Shown here in pieces: positions 12,335-24,555 of a stretch of DNA of 64,000 nucleotides. The first letter of the stretch is position 1; every line of letters begins with the position of its first letter. The notes under the pieces were generated by a model. That model was not told where the DNA came from and made no database searches. It was given only the letters and a program-made list of their open reading frames with translations. The stretch is from positions 24,056,001 to 24,120,000 of the forward strand of contig OX597836.1 in assembly GCA_951406725.2 (NCBI GenBank), read 5' to 3'. A program made the position numbers and the translations under genes. The stretch comes from Octopus vulgaris. Its lineage: Eukaryota.

Positions 12335-13990
12335 AGAGACTTGGAATCAACTCGCTAGCGCGAGTGCAGTCAGTCGAGGACTCCGCGTACCGGATGCCAG
12401 TAGGTTTCAGGAGTCATCAGGAGATAACGCGCACCGTTTTGGCGCCTTCGTCTAGACGGTTTTACAGAGCACTGTGCGCCCCCACTCACTGAAGCGAGTC
12501 CCAACATACTGTTTCGTTTGACTAGTGTTCAACCTCAAGTCCATTCCAACTAGGCTTCATGTCTTTTCAGCTATATCCAATGGCCGGCTCTCAACTATCG
12601 TATGGCTCTCCTTCAATATGGCGTTTGCTTGCTGATGTTAAACACCAATTGATAGCAACCATTGTTTCAGTCTGGTCCCAATAAAACCACTGACTTTTAA
12701 CTTGTACAGGAAGTGCATTGCACTCCAACCAGCATCTGTACTGTCTTCCAGTAGCGTCTCATAACCTTCATCTTGAATAACCCGGACTACATCTAAATTG
12801 TCTTCGTGCGCAACCGTTAATTCAACAAGGTGTATTATATTGCGCTCCGTACACCATATTGTCGTATCTAACTTCTTCCTCACTGGTATTGTGAAAAAGC
12901 ATATACACCCTACAGAATATGCGGCTACCTCCCGTACTCCGTCTCAGTTCTCCTCATTCTCATTTTTTTTTTCTGCTTAGGGTAATCAACATGACCTTGA
13001 CAGACAAACCTGAAAAACCTTTTACTGCCATCCTCCTGCGGTTTCTTGTCATCATCGATTGCTTCCGTCTACTTCTTGATGGTACTATAGAGAATTCTGA
13101 GGATCTCATGGTGTCTTCATATATACCTTTCCAAAGCCATTGATCTGTTAGATAGAATGGGTTTTGACGTACCAACTTTTCCGTCATTCCCTCTTTTCCA
13201 TCTCGCCAGACTGATGGGGTATTAGGTGGGTTGAAGAAGGAAACTCAGTTGTGATGTGCTCCATCTCCAGTTCTCATCCCAATCCACCTTCCTATCAATA
13301 ACCTTTTCCCCCACTTGGTCATTTCAACTTGCTGAAAGCATTGAATAAAATACAGTTAGTTTCCTTTTCTATGCTTCTCTCGCTTTAGCATAGCCCCTAA
13401 CGGTGGCTCTGCATTCCGTTGGTTTTATCGACGAAAATGGTTTAAATCGATTGCAACCAATATCCTTCTGGTCACTTTGAATTGCCCCCACTATATCTTG
13501 GCGTTCCTGTGATGCTAGTATGTCATTAGTTTCTTTCTCTGCGCACCATTTCTGCGCAGATCTGGCATTTGGCAGATTGTTTTGTATTTCTACGTCTTTG
13601 GATTCGCTCAGCATCATGACCGTTTGCACCTTTGCGACTTTGTAGATTTCAACAATTGATGTTATAAGTAGTTGAAGAGACACCTACCAAGTTGTCTTTT
13701 CCGAAATAGCGCTGAAGTGTTAATTGTTCGCTGTGGATCAAGCCATCTCCTAATGCAAACACTGAACCGCTGCTTGATGGTCTCCATCCTCGACAGTGCT
13801 ACTTCATACATGAGCAGGGGCCAAGTAATTCTGGAATGAAGGCCAAACTAGAAGCACCAGATCTTGTATTTACCCAGCAGTTTTGACCTGCCTGTGGTTT
13901 TCAACCCATCCATGATTCCAACGCTTATCAGATAGGTTACCATCGTCCTAAGTTTTTTCCAGGTTTGTTTTTAAGAGTTAGCATGGTTTC
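12335..13990 (-). mobile_element. HERO-clade (R2-group, REL endonuclease) non-LTR retrotransposon 3' part
   Basis: GKYKIWCF..LHSRITWPLLMYEV; SLQLLITSIVEIYKVAKVQTVMMLSESKD; LDTTIWCTERNIIHLVELTVAHEDN (PD-D/ExK-like); GC-rich 3' UTR at about 12335-12560. Confidence 0.8.
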
Positions 13991-15099
13991 TCCAGCTATT
14001 TTGAACTTTACTTGCTTTTGCCAACCTTTCTTACTGAAGACTGGTTCGCAAAACCGAAAGGTGTCATATAAACGATCGTCTAATGTGTAACTGAAATTCA
14101 GTAAGGTTCCCAAACAGAGAATGTTCATCTAGTTCACGAAAAGCTTAGAAGTGTGACTGATTAGCAGAATCAAACTTTTGATACAAAAGGTGTTAATTCG
14201 ACGCTGAATGAAATTGTAGCTTTTAATACATTTTTATTTTTTTCTTTGGAATTTGGTATAACATTCCTATGAGATGGACAGTGTTGAAAACGATAATAAA
14301 CTTTTATAAACTTCCGTAATGAATATTATAACAAACGTTCATAATGTTGACGGTAGACCAGTCATTCTAATTCTTTATCAGTTCAGGATTAATAACCAGA
14401 GATTGCTTAAAGCTAGAAAAAAACTACATGACAAATATGATATCCAAGTCATAATTATCCCCATGTTAACTAACAAATCATTTCTGTAGTCACGCTACGA
14501 AGATTATGGGTTTAGGAGGCTGTTAAACGACAGATAGAGTGAGTAAGTAACAAAAGTCAAATGAAAGAACAGAAACTTTCAAAATATGAGTGATATATTC
14601 CACCAAACCTGAAACTGTTAATCATATGTCCAAAAGTAATCGCATGCAGATTTTCTTAAGTGTGCACAAGTCTCGAGTAACATGAGCATTATTGCGAAGA
14701 ATATAAAGCATAGATTAATCGGCATGTGAACAATTTCAAGTTTATTAAACTTCACGGTCTGTGTATTCGAATCTGGAAACTACACAGACAAGTTCTTTTT
14801 CAATAACAGAATATTGAAGTCTGAGGATCTCATTGGAAACGATATTAAAAATTTCTCCAAATGCAAATGTTCAGGACAACATAATAAAATTGTGTTTTAA
14901 ATATTATTTATTAATATTTGTCTTAAACTTCGGTGCGCGCGCTGGCACACACATGCATTCATAAACACATACGTATGTATGCATGCATGTTTGTGATGAG
15001 CGAAGTTCACCAGCATTTGTAAACATTATGATATATATAAACAAAAACAAATGTGATCAAATATATCAAATAGAATCAGGAATACTAAGCCAAGGAAAT

Positions 15100-15612
15100 T
15101 ATGTGCTGTCAAATGTTTAATTCGATATTCCATAACAGCATATTATATACATCCGGTATAAAACATATGTGGCTAATGACGCAATTTACGTTCAGTGCAA
15201 ATTGTACAATTATTCTTTTAAATTATTCTGTTAAAATGAACAAATGTAACCTAATAATGTTGGCCCCATTGTCGAAATTTTCAGAGCCTATGTTTATATC
15301 GATGGTGGAGTTCATTAATTCGGTTAAGATATGTTTTCCAAGTACTGAATTCCCAATATCCGGCTCCGCTCATATAAAGTTCACTATTAATCCACAACTG
15401 TCAATTTAATTTTCAAATATTATCACATTTATCTCTTAACTCTGATCTATAATCGATAATGCTGTAGCATCTTTATTCACTCTAGGAAGAGAAGTTATGA
15501 TTCATTTAACAGTCCTTGAAGTTACTCTTTGTAAAACCAATGTAATGTTTGATAGCATGCTTTCCATTGTAATTAATTCTGGTTTTATAAACGAACTAAG
15601 TTCAGTAATCAT
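15100..15612 (-). pseudogene. Possible highly decayed hAT transposase fragment
   Basis: One minus frame with several stops reads ..GKHILTELMNSTIDINIGSENFDNGANI..FALNVNCVISH, reminiscent of hAT GQxYDNGANM..CxxH. Weak. Confidence 0.3.
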
Positions 15613-15920
15613 AGAAAAATTGTAACTTTATTTTAACGGTTACCTACTATGCTATCAGTCCTTATTTATTGCAGTTTAGGGGGCTAAAATATTTCTAATA
15701 TCAGTTGCACAGCTACATAAATTTACAAAACTTTTCTGATTCTTTGCTCGAAGGAAAATGTCTAAAGTGTTGTAGGTACTAAAGAGGGACTAAGTTAGCT
15801 TATATTATGGTTTCTAGTCTTCCTGGAAGATTGTGATTGTCTTTTTGTAATCTAGTATAGACAGACAGACATACACATAGACAGACAGACAGACAGACAG
15901 ATAGATAAATAGATAGATAA

Positions 15921-16006
<86 letters not shown>

Positions 16007-16099
16007 GGATAGAAAGGACCTACTAGTGGCGTGTGGTCTGCGTATAGCAAGGCCATACTCTTAGACACTACCTCTCTCAAAATAACAACACATTGGACA

Positions 16100-16525
16100 T
16101 ATGCTGTTTGAATCAGTACTCCATCAAACCAAAATAGCCAACGGACAATATCCGGCTATGCTTTAAGGCAATGATATTGGAAATGGCATGTTCCTGTGGA
16201 GAAACATAAATAGGATGAGGAAAAAGACACCTTCACGTCAGAGTGAAGAAGCACCTCCATAAGGCCACACCCAGTGCCGGACTGTGACGGGGATTTCTTC
16301 ACCCGTATACCGACAAGGGGGACGGATACAGTCAACCTCCGAATAAAGGAGGCGAGTTTCATCAAAGAGAGGGCGCCCAGCTTCAACCACTGGAATGAAC
16401 TTGATGGCTGAAGCTTCGTCCAATGCTTCTGGAGTCTTTAACCAACGCCAACAATAATCACCATATAGAACACCTGATGAAAACGCTAACGTCACGTTAA
16501 GTCATACTTAACCGAAGAACTAGCA
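16100..16525 (+). mobile_element. Penelope-like element GIY-YIG endonuclease remnant plus start of 3' repeat
   Basis: EMACSCGET*IG*GKRHLHVRVKKH and DTVNLRIKEASFIKERAPSFN, followed by CTGATGA at 16474 and hairpin GTTAAGT/ACTTAAC. Confidence 0.8.
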
Positions 16526-16531
16526 ACAAGG

Positions 16532-16601
<70 letters not shown>

Positions 16602-16602
16602 C

Positions 16603-16661
<59 letters not shown>

Positions 16662-18442
16662 ATCTATCTGTCTAACCATCAGACCGTAAAAGAAAAAAAA
16701 TTTTAAGACCTTAAAACTGTCAAACCTTAAAACCTTTAAACTTTGAAACTTTGAAATTTTATAACTTCATGACTCTGAAGATTTAAAGGGAAAAAACCTT
16801 CCGAGATTCGTGGAAACTTTTTTGGAATTCTCTGGGAGTAAGTTTTTAAAACAATTAGTAATTTTTGCATCATCCCAAAAGAGAATATTTTGGAATTTTT
16901 AAAGGAAACAATTTTTGGCAATTTCTGCATTGTCCCAAAAGTTCTTCGAGGGATTCCTAACAGTTCATGCAATCTATAAAAATCTAACCCTTTCACAATG
17001 CCTCAGCTTTTCATTTTTTAGTTTTCACTTCTCAATTGTTACTTGTTCATTTTCTCCTGTCTTGTCCATAAGTACTTTGACTTCTCTTAACTTCTCTTAA
17101 CTCAGTTTAATTGCCCCTGTTTTATTCTGACACTACACTTCACTCTCATCTTTCACTTTCTCAACCTTTTCTACTAACGGCGTTACCCTGATGTCTATCT
17201 ATACTAAACCACAACTATATTGCCTGACGTACACCAGCACATTATCTTTTTGTAATCGTTTAATCTGGAGAAACGTATTGAGACCGTAGCATTCACAGGT
17301 CTTCCGAGAGATCAACTCGGTTGAAGTCATTGATGAATAGCTTCCAGTTAACAATTTAAAAGACGGAAAAAAGTGGCAGAAACACGTATAAGCAGAGAAT
17401 TGTAGAGCAGAGATATTCTTGGCGGTAGTATTGGGCGGAGTTAGTTAGGAAACTGGTGGAGGACACAATAAATGTGACGAGAGAAGAAGAGGTACATGAG
17501 TTAAGCGTACTTGAATGGATATGGTATGATAGCACTTAAAACTGAGGAGAGTGTGCTCTGTATTAACGGCTAAAAGTGTTCAGTTAGGACACGGCTTGCT
17601 TGTGGACTGACTTGTTCAGATGTAGTCTAAGATGTTTGTCTGTTTAATAGTGATCTATTGCAGAGATGTGAGTAGTACTCCATTGTGGGTCTCCCTGGAG
17701 CTTTTGCACAAGTTTACCTCTTTCATTGAATGTGAAATCTAATATAGCTACAAACATTTTAGCACTTATATGTAGTTATTTCTATTTCCAACATAGATCC
17801 AGAAAAATGAATTAACTTTAAGAATGGTTTAGTTGTAGACTTCATATTCGAACAACCAAATCTCAGTTTCTCGATAGTAGATATTACAGAGTGCATTGTT
17901 GAAGTGCAGTCTCTTCCTATTTGATACTTACACATACAAACACACATACACACAGACTGCCATACATAGATGTCACTAAAATTGAAATATATACTTTAAT
18001 TCCCGATTTAATTAATGACCCGATTCTATTATCCTATTACACATCTCTTCTACAGATAGAGATGTCCAATACAAAATAGAAGCGAGTGCGCATTTGCATT
18101 CATCCATACATATTACTATATTAATGTATCTACATATATACACACGTATGCACATATTTGACAATTATCTCTCCTCCCTTCCAGCTCACAAATTCTATCA
18201 CACGTACAGACATAAAAACGAAAAGTGCTCGTCTCCAGATTACAAACATTAACATAACTAATCAGTAAAAAAAAAGAAAGAAAGAAAGAAAAAGATGAAA
18301 AAAGAAAGAGAGAAAGTTAAATTAAAATTAAATGAAGCAATATCTGTCTTATGAAAAATACAATATACATTCATGCATCTCGCGTGAAATATTTTAAAAC
18401 TCTAGTAATATCACCAGTTTCTTAATAATATTGCGTTTGTAC

Positions 18443-18650
18443 TTTTCTACTCTAGGTACAACACCTGAAATTTTTTGGTAGGGATCCAGTCGATTAGATG
18501 GACCCCAGTACACAACTGGTACTTAAGTTATCGACCCCGAAGGGTGAAAACAAAGTCGACCTCGGCGGAATTGGAACTCAGAATGTAAAGACAGACGAAA
18601 TAGCGCTAAGCATTTCGCCCGACGTGCTAAAGTTTCTGCCAGCTCGCCGC
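18443..18650 (-). mobile_element. SINE family A variant (alternative 3' tail)
   Basis: Head and Nin-like domain match family A; tail matches the older copies at 40645, 42948 and 47795. Confidence 0.85.
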
Positions 18651-18795
18651 TTTTATAATATTCATATCATTATTATTGGTAGCATTGAGAAGAAGATATT
18701 ACATTCAAATAAATTTGTTGAACGATTGGCGAATGCTAGCATGGCCTGAGTTAGTGGGGCTGTTCCAAGATGACACCTGTAAGATACAGGGATAG

Positions 18796-18870
18796 GATGC
18801 GAGAGGGGCAGCTACCTGAGGCGCCCTTGCGGCGAAACATCTATATATTCAGGTCATCCCTTCTCATCCA
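18796..18870 (+). ncRNA. Decayed hammerhead-like hairpin
   Basis: CTGAGG-C-GCC-CTTGC-GGC-GAAAC..TC, enclosed by complementary flanks GGATG.GAGAGGGG/CCCTTCTCATCC; core lacks A9. Confidence 0.35.
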
Positions 18871-18993
18871 TAGTTTTCTGTATCTATCTTGGTGTTGGTC
18901 TCTCTTGCATACTGACCGGACATTTTTCTCCTTCCAAGCTGTTTCTTTGTTTTTGCGTGTGTTCATTTTCTCTTTAAGTTTTCTTTCTTTACC

Positions 18994-19062
<69 letters not shown>

Positions 19063-19067
19063 CATTC

Positions 19068-19552
19068 ACTAGTCTTATTTTCATCATGTGCTTTCACTGC
19101 ACTACCGAGCGCAGCTTTGTGTGCCTTGGGTATATGCTGTGGTTTGTTGTGGTGCTCTTATAATTACTGTATTGAAAGTGTTTTATGTAGGTGTGCGGGG
19201 CCTAGTAGTGCTATTTTCTGTATATTATATATACTTGTAAGTCCTGGTGTCTTTGTTATATATTTGTCTGAAAATTTTTTATCATACCTAATGCACCCGC
19301 TATGATAGGAGTTTTTCCCGCTTTTAGGCTCCATATTGGAGTTATCTCAACTTCCAGATCTTTGTATTTTGAAAGTTTGTCCGTTTCTTTTACAGAAACA
19401 TTGTCATCTGTTGTTATTGATATATCGATTAGAAAGCATTTTCTCACAAATTCGTCTACGCCAGTATGGTTCTTTACATAAGTTGGGACTGCTCCCATTC
19501 TGTGTGTTGGGAACCATAATCATGATTCTCAGTAGGCGATAAGTGAAGGTCG
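19068..19552 (-). mobile_element. R4/Dong-clade LINE 3' end embedded in (ATT)n
   Basis: KCFLIDISITTDDNVSVKETDKLSKYKDLEVEITPIWSLKAGKTPIIAGALGMIK..IQKIALLGPAH; (ATT)n at 18994-19061 and 19555-19610. Confidence 0.8.
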
Positions 19553-19562
19553 GTTTATTATT

Positions 19563-19593
<31 letters not shown>

Positions 19594-19712
19594 TTATTAT
19601 TATTATTATTGAATCCTTTATTGGACACCAGAGTTACACACAAAACAAAACGAAACAACACAATGGACAGTGTTGGTTTTATATACAGCACGTGGAAACT
19701 GTAAAAACCAAC

Positions 19713-19864
19713 TGGCTGTGTGGTAAGTAGTTTGCTTACCAACTGCATGGTTCCGGGTTCAGTCCCACTGCGTTGCACCTTGGGCAAGTGTCTTCTACTA
19801 TAGCCTCGGGCCGACCAAAGCCTTATGAGTGGATTTGGTACACGGAAACTGAAAGAAGTCCGTC

Positions 19865-19907
<43 letters not shown>

Positions 19908-20125
19908 CGTGTGTGTGTGCATGTATATGTTTGTGTGTCTGTGTTTTTCCCCCCAACATCGCTTGACAACCGATGCTGGTGTGTTTACGTCCCCGTCACA
20001 GCGGTTTGACAAGAGAGCCCGACAGAATAATTACTAGGCTTACAAAGAATAAGTTCTGGGGTCGAATTGCTCCAGCATTGCCGCAGTCAAATGACTTAAA
20101 CAAATAAAAGAATAAAAGAATAAAA
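19713..20125 (+). mobile_element. SINE family B, near full length
   Basis: A-box TGGCTGTGTGGT, B-box GGTTCAGTCCC, CORE-like CACCTTGGGCAAGTGTCTT, internal (TA)/(TG) tract, CR1-like tail, (GAATAAAA)n end. Confidence 0.9.
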
Positions 20126-20129
20126 TATT

Positions 20130-21038
20130 AACCAAAAAATTCCCATACGGTGAGGAGCTCCACCCAGAAGTTACCAAAGAATCTTACACATCTTGGATAC
20201 CACGACCGCTATGGGCACTTCAAGCAGGTACCCCTCCCCTGTTCGTGACATCCGGCCTACAGGTGCATGCTAAGAGTAGGCATATTCAAACAAGCCATCC
20301 TCGCCACATTCACTCACTATTCAACAAAAGTTATGAGGCAGCTCTTTCTTTCTCTATCATCTTTTCAAATGGAATTTGAAAAAGTTAATGAGATTTTGGT
20401 GGAAGAGAGAAGAAACTATCTTTAATCTTTTCACTCTCGTTCACCACATTACCTCTTTCGCCGTAGCCTCCTGACAGAAGAAAACTGCCTGCTATTCCTG
20501 GCTAAAAGAAGGTGGTGGGGAAATCCTCAAGAAGTCTCGGTCGTTACCCAGATCCGCCCAATTCGTTGCAACATCTGTTCGATAAATCTCAAGTCAGCAA
20601 TGCTTGGACACTGTACGAGTGCATGCAGAATAGTTCCAGCATTCTGTGCGCATCTGTACAGGCCTGTCTGACAACGCTTCCGAGCTTATAAAACTTATCG
20701 CGAACCAACACAGATTCCTGCTAGCACTGCCAGTCTAGAGATTTCTGGAAAGTATCCATAGACCCTAACCCGAAAGATTTTCCTCGTGGACTTTGTCCCT
20801 CTTGATCGCCACTAATCTCCTGTAAAACTTCGAGGTGAAACTGGCAGAGGGCTGTGAGCGGTACACAGCACTTCAGGTACCAAATATACTGTCTCAGCCT
20901 ACGCATGATCCAGTATTGCAGCTCTGTCAATGAGACGTGCTGCAAAAAGTCTTTTTTGACAAATGGCCACCACACCAGCTCATCGTCAGGGAAACGCTGG
21001 AGATGTTGCAGTCTTGGCGCATATCTGTACATCAATAG
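20130..21038 (-). mobile_element. Tx1/L1-like LINE 3' fragment
   Basis: WWPFVKKDFLQ..TFQKSLDWQC..VRDK..C.RCAQNAGTILHALVQCP (zinc-knuckle-like)..NLINFFKFHLKR..VNVARMA. Confidence 0.75.
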
Positions 21039-21039
21039 G

Positions 21040-21352
21040 TAAGTGCTGCCCCCCAGCGATTTTGTTAAAAGGTGGGTGGATGTAGCGCGAATGGCCAGAA
21101 TGAATGGCCCTACTCTAAATCTGGGGCAGATGAAGAGGAAAAGGTACTTGCCCTAGAGGTCAGGGCGATCGTGGCTTTTTGTGATGGTTTCACGAACAGC
21201 CCTTTGTAGTCTCCCTCTTTTGAGGATTTTAATTGTTTGAACTTTCATTGTTATTCGTTATTTACACACTTGAATCCCACTCTAATTGCATTGTATTGTC
21301 CTGTAGCGTCCCAAATCTTTTTATATTAATCCTCAGTGGTTAATAAAGAAAA
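21040..21352 (+). mobile_element. Second Tx1/L1-like LINE 3' end with AATAAA and (TTA)n tail
   Basis: DFVKRWVDVARMARMNGPTL is homologous to the C-terminus of the adjacent minus copy; AATAAA at about 21342, then (TTA)n to about 21520. Confidence 0.7.
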
Positions 21353-21357
21353 TATTA

Positions 21358-21470
<113 letters not shown>

Positions 21471-23559
21471 GTACTTACAAGAAAAAGCTATTATTATTAT
21501 TATTATTACTATTATTATTGTACTTATGCCTGTTCGAAGCTCCTGATTTATAGTAGAATTTTGTTGTTTTAAAGAACGGTATGTATGTTAGATTCATATC
21601 CGTGTTTTTGTTAAGAAACCAGATAGTACTCTCTCAAACTATTGTGAAACTGTAGATTCTTAAATTACTGAATTCCATAATTGAAAACAAAAAACAATAT
21701 GGCTTCCCAAATCGAGTTGGGGGTAATGACTCTTGGAAGAGTCATGAAAATAGATTCCCTCCACTACCTACTACAATTGACTGCAAATGTATATATAACT
21801 ACATCAACAGCAACAACAACAATAGCAACAAGAACTACGCAAATAATAAAGAATGTGACTGCAGCGCTACAATCACAAATCACACCATAACAAAAAATAA
21901 CAGGAACAGTGGCAGTGACAAACAAGACAAAGAGAACAATGATGCAAACACAGTCCCCACCACCACCACTTCCATCAGCTCAAACATTAAGAAAATAAAA
22001 ACGGCTACCAGTGTAATTTGGTAACAAAACAGAAACGGTTTCGTATATGCGTGCTGAAGACGAGAGTCAGTAATACTTGCGGGAAAATGTCTGAGATGAA
22101 AAAATACATTTCACAAAGAATGGTAGAATTACTAGAAGGGACGAAAAGACAATTTGTAAAAATTAATTACAATTAAAATGAACCGACTTGAGCGAGCAAC
22201 GCAAGTGCAGAAAGAAAAATGCCTCAAACCAGTATTGGGTATAAAATCCATGTCGCTTGAGGAAAATGCTTTAACACAGATTAGGTGAGCTTCCCAATAA
22301 GTTAATGAAAATGCAGCCATAACTCTAGAAAGCGACGAAATTCTGCTGATTCCGTCATATCTCAATCGGAGGTTTGTGAAAGGAAAGATGGTTTAGATAT
22401 TACCAGAAGTGAATATCTCCTTGCTTTGGCGTAATATACCACAAAGAAGATAAAACAAGCATTATGTAAACCCACAGTCTGACAACAGAAAATTGGTCAG
22501 GTACGTGACCTGTAGGTTATCCTGAACACGCCTGCCGGACGGCACTTCCGTTTCTGTAGAATTTGATTTCAACCAGTAGTGCCTCTCAGTGCCTCAGCAG
22601 GCCAAGAATTCTAGAAATTACCCACAGTAGTTCCAAATCAGATAGCCTTCAAGAGGACATTTGCGAGATCGTTTCCATATAATGTTCTTGTTCAGTTTCC
22701 ATAGCGTTTTGAATTTGTGATCTGCCAGGACACTACTAAAGATTCTAGCTGTGGAATGTTTTTATTCTCACTGGCAACTGAATTAGTTGTAATGGCAGTA
22801 GTAGTTTTATTACTGTTTCAACCAGTTACTGTTGACAAGTTTGTGGTGTTGTCGGTGGCAGTGATTTTCCTGTCGCCATACACTGCTTGGCTTATATTGA
22901 CAATACCGATGTTGTTGTTTTTATTATTTGTACTTTTTGTTTGTTTGCTTGTTTTCTTTTTTTTCTTTTTTTTTTTTGCTGTCTTCGGTAACTTTTGTTG
23001 CTACGATAGTGATGGTTTACAGTGGTTTTGATGCTTTCATTGATGCTGTCTATTCTGTTGCATTTCCTGTTGTTGCTCTTGACCACCATCGCTACCTCTT
23101 GCGCCGGTGGTGGTGGTGGTGGTGGTGGTGGTTGTTGTTGTTATACTTTCTTCGACAACCATTTAACAGTGGAACGACGAGTTGTTGCCTCTCCCACAAC
23201 ATCCTTCCTTCTGCTCTCCCGTGGAAAATAATTTGATGATATGTTTATAAGAAGTTTTGAAAAATAAGAAAGGCACGTTCGACCTTGGCGAGATTTGATC
23301 TGAGAACGTAGACCTAGAAAAAATTCCGTGAGCGTGAATCTAATGCTAAAATATGTAGTCAATGGTATAAATAAGACAATTCGTAGAAATACATATTGTA
23401 ATACAATATTGCTTCAGCATAGTAATCTAGAAAAAAGTGAATGAGTGAGTTTAGAGAGAAAAAAAAACTAGAAAATAACAAAGTGATTTCAGACAATGTC
23501 TCTCAAAAGCTAATGTAAATAAAATATACCTTGCTCGTTCGTAGGTTTGAGGGTGCAAG

Positions 23560-23900
23560 ATATACAGAACTATTTCAAAAGAGAAACAATGGGAATCTGC
23601 ACAACAAATGCATTTCTACACCTTCAAGAACAATGCTATCCATACTTCAGAAAAACTGAAATCCACATGAACCTGTAGTAGACATATTAATAATCATAGT
23701 TACTTATATTTCTACAAGGACGGTAGATGGAGTGCATTGCTATGACAAATTACTAAACGGAGTTTACAGCGAGTGTTACGGGAAACAAAGAATAGAAATC
23801 ACCAAATTAAACTGATATTTAAAAAAATACGTATTCCAAAATGAAAACAGCAAGCTAAGAACAGTTCAAAGTTCCACAAATATCATGACCCTTGATTATC
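23560..23900 (+). mobile_element. Very decayed RTE-like LINE fragment
   Basis: DKLLNGVYSECYGKQRIEITKL resembles the RTE C-terminal RLPKxxLYxELxxGKRxxGxPKL motif. Confidence 0.35.
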
Positions 23901-24170
23901 TAGAGCTCTTGTACTCATTCAATTGTGATATCTGGTCACATATTCAGAATAAGCTATTCAACAAAGCCGTGCTCCTCACTCCACCTTACATTCCGCCATT
24001 TTGCTGAAAAGCTGCAACTAGTTCTCCACCCTCACCTCCACCTCATGTGGCACGCTGGAGAAGAAAATCCTTGCACTCATTCGTTTTAATCTTATCTAAC
24101 ATACTGTTTGACGTCATTTCCACTTTATTGAGATAAAGTGCATTCTCTTTCCTTCTAGTAGAAGGAGGCG

Positions 24171-24231
24171 CGGGAGCCTTCATGTAAGACTTAACGGACA
24201 TGCGCATCTGTCTTACATGTAGCATCAGCCG
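24171..24231 (-). ncRNA. Decayed hammerhead-like motif
   Basis: Minus strand reads CGG-CUGAUGC-UAC-AUGUAAGAC..GUCUUACAU-GAA-GGCU-C-CCG: perfect stems I and II, two core substitutions. Confidence 0.35.
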
Positions 24232-24462
24232 ATCGACAAATAGTCACGTGTCAGACATGATCAGACACTGAACGAACACATGGAGAATGGCTTCAATGTA
24301 TGTATGTATGTATGTATGTATGTATGTATGTATGTATGTATGTATGTATGTATGTATGTATGTATTTATGTATCTATGTATAGATGGATGGATGGATGTA
24401 TGTATGTAAATGTGTGTGTGTATATATATATATATCTGTATATACATACACGTGTGCATGTA

Positions 24463-24555
<93 letters not shown>

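Noticed and set aside
12400-12425. CTGATGA-CTCCT-GAAA on the minus strand in the HERO 3' UTR
   Set aside because: No stem II can form in 5 nt and no convincing stem I or III.
14300-15620. Plus-strand frames faintly suggestive of cadherin repeats (FTINP, LTVLE)
   Set aside because: No DxNDN, DxD or LDRE motifs and multiple stops; not supportable as a protocadherin.
17640-17930. Possible hAT fragment (KLQGDPQWST on the minus strand)
   Set aside because: Single weak motif; cannot be distinguished from chance.
20130-21352. Twin-priming 5' inversion of a single L1-like element
   Set aside because: Both halves contain the same C-terminus in diverged form, so they are two copies.
22717-23236. Hydrophobic ORFs resembling membrane proteins
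   Set aside because: Degenerate (GTT)/(GGT) low-complexity sequence.
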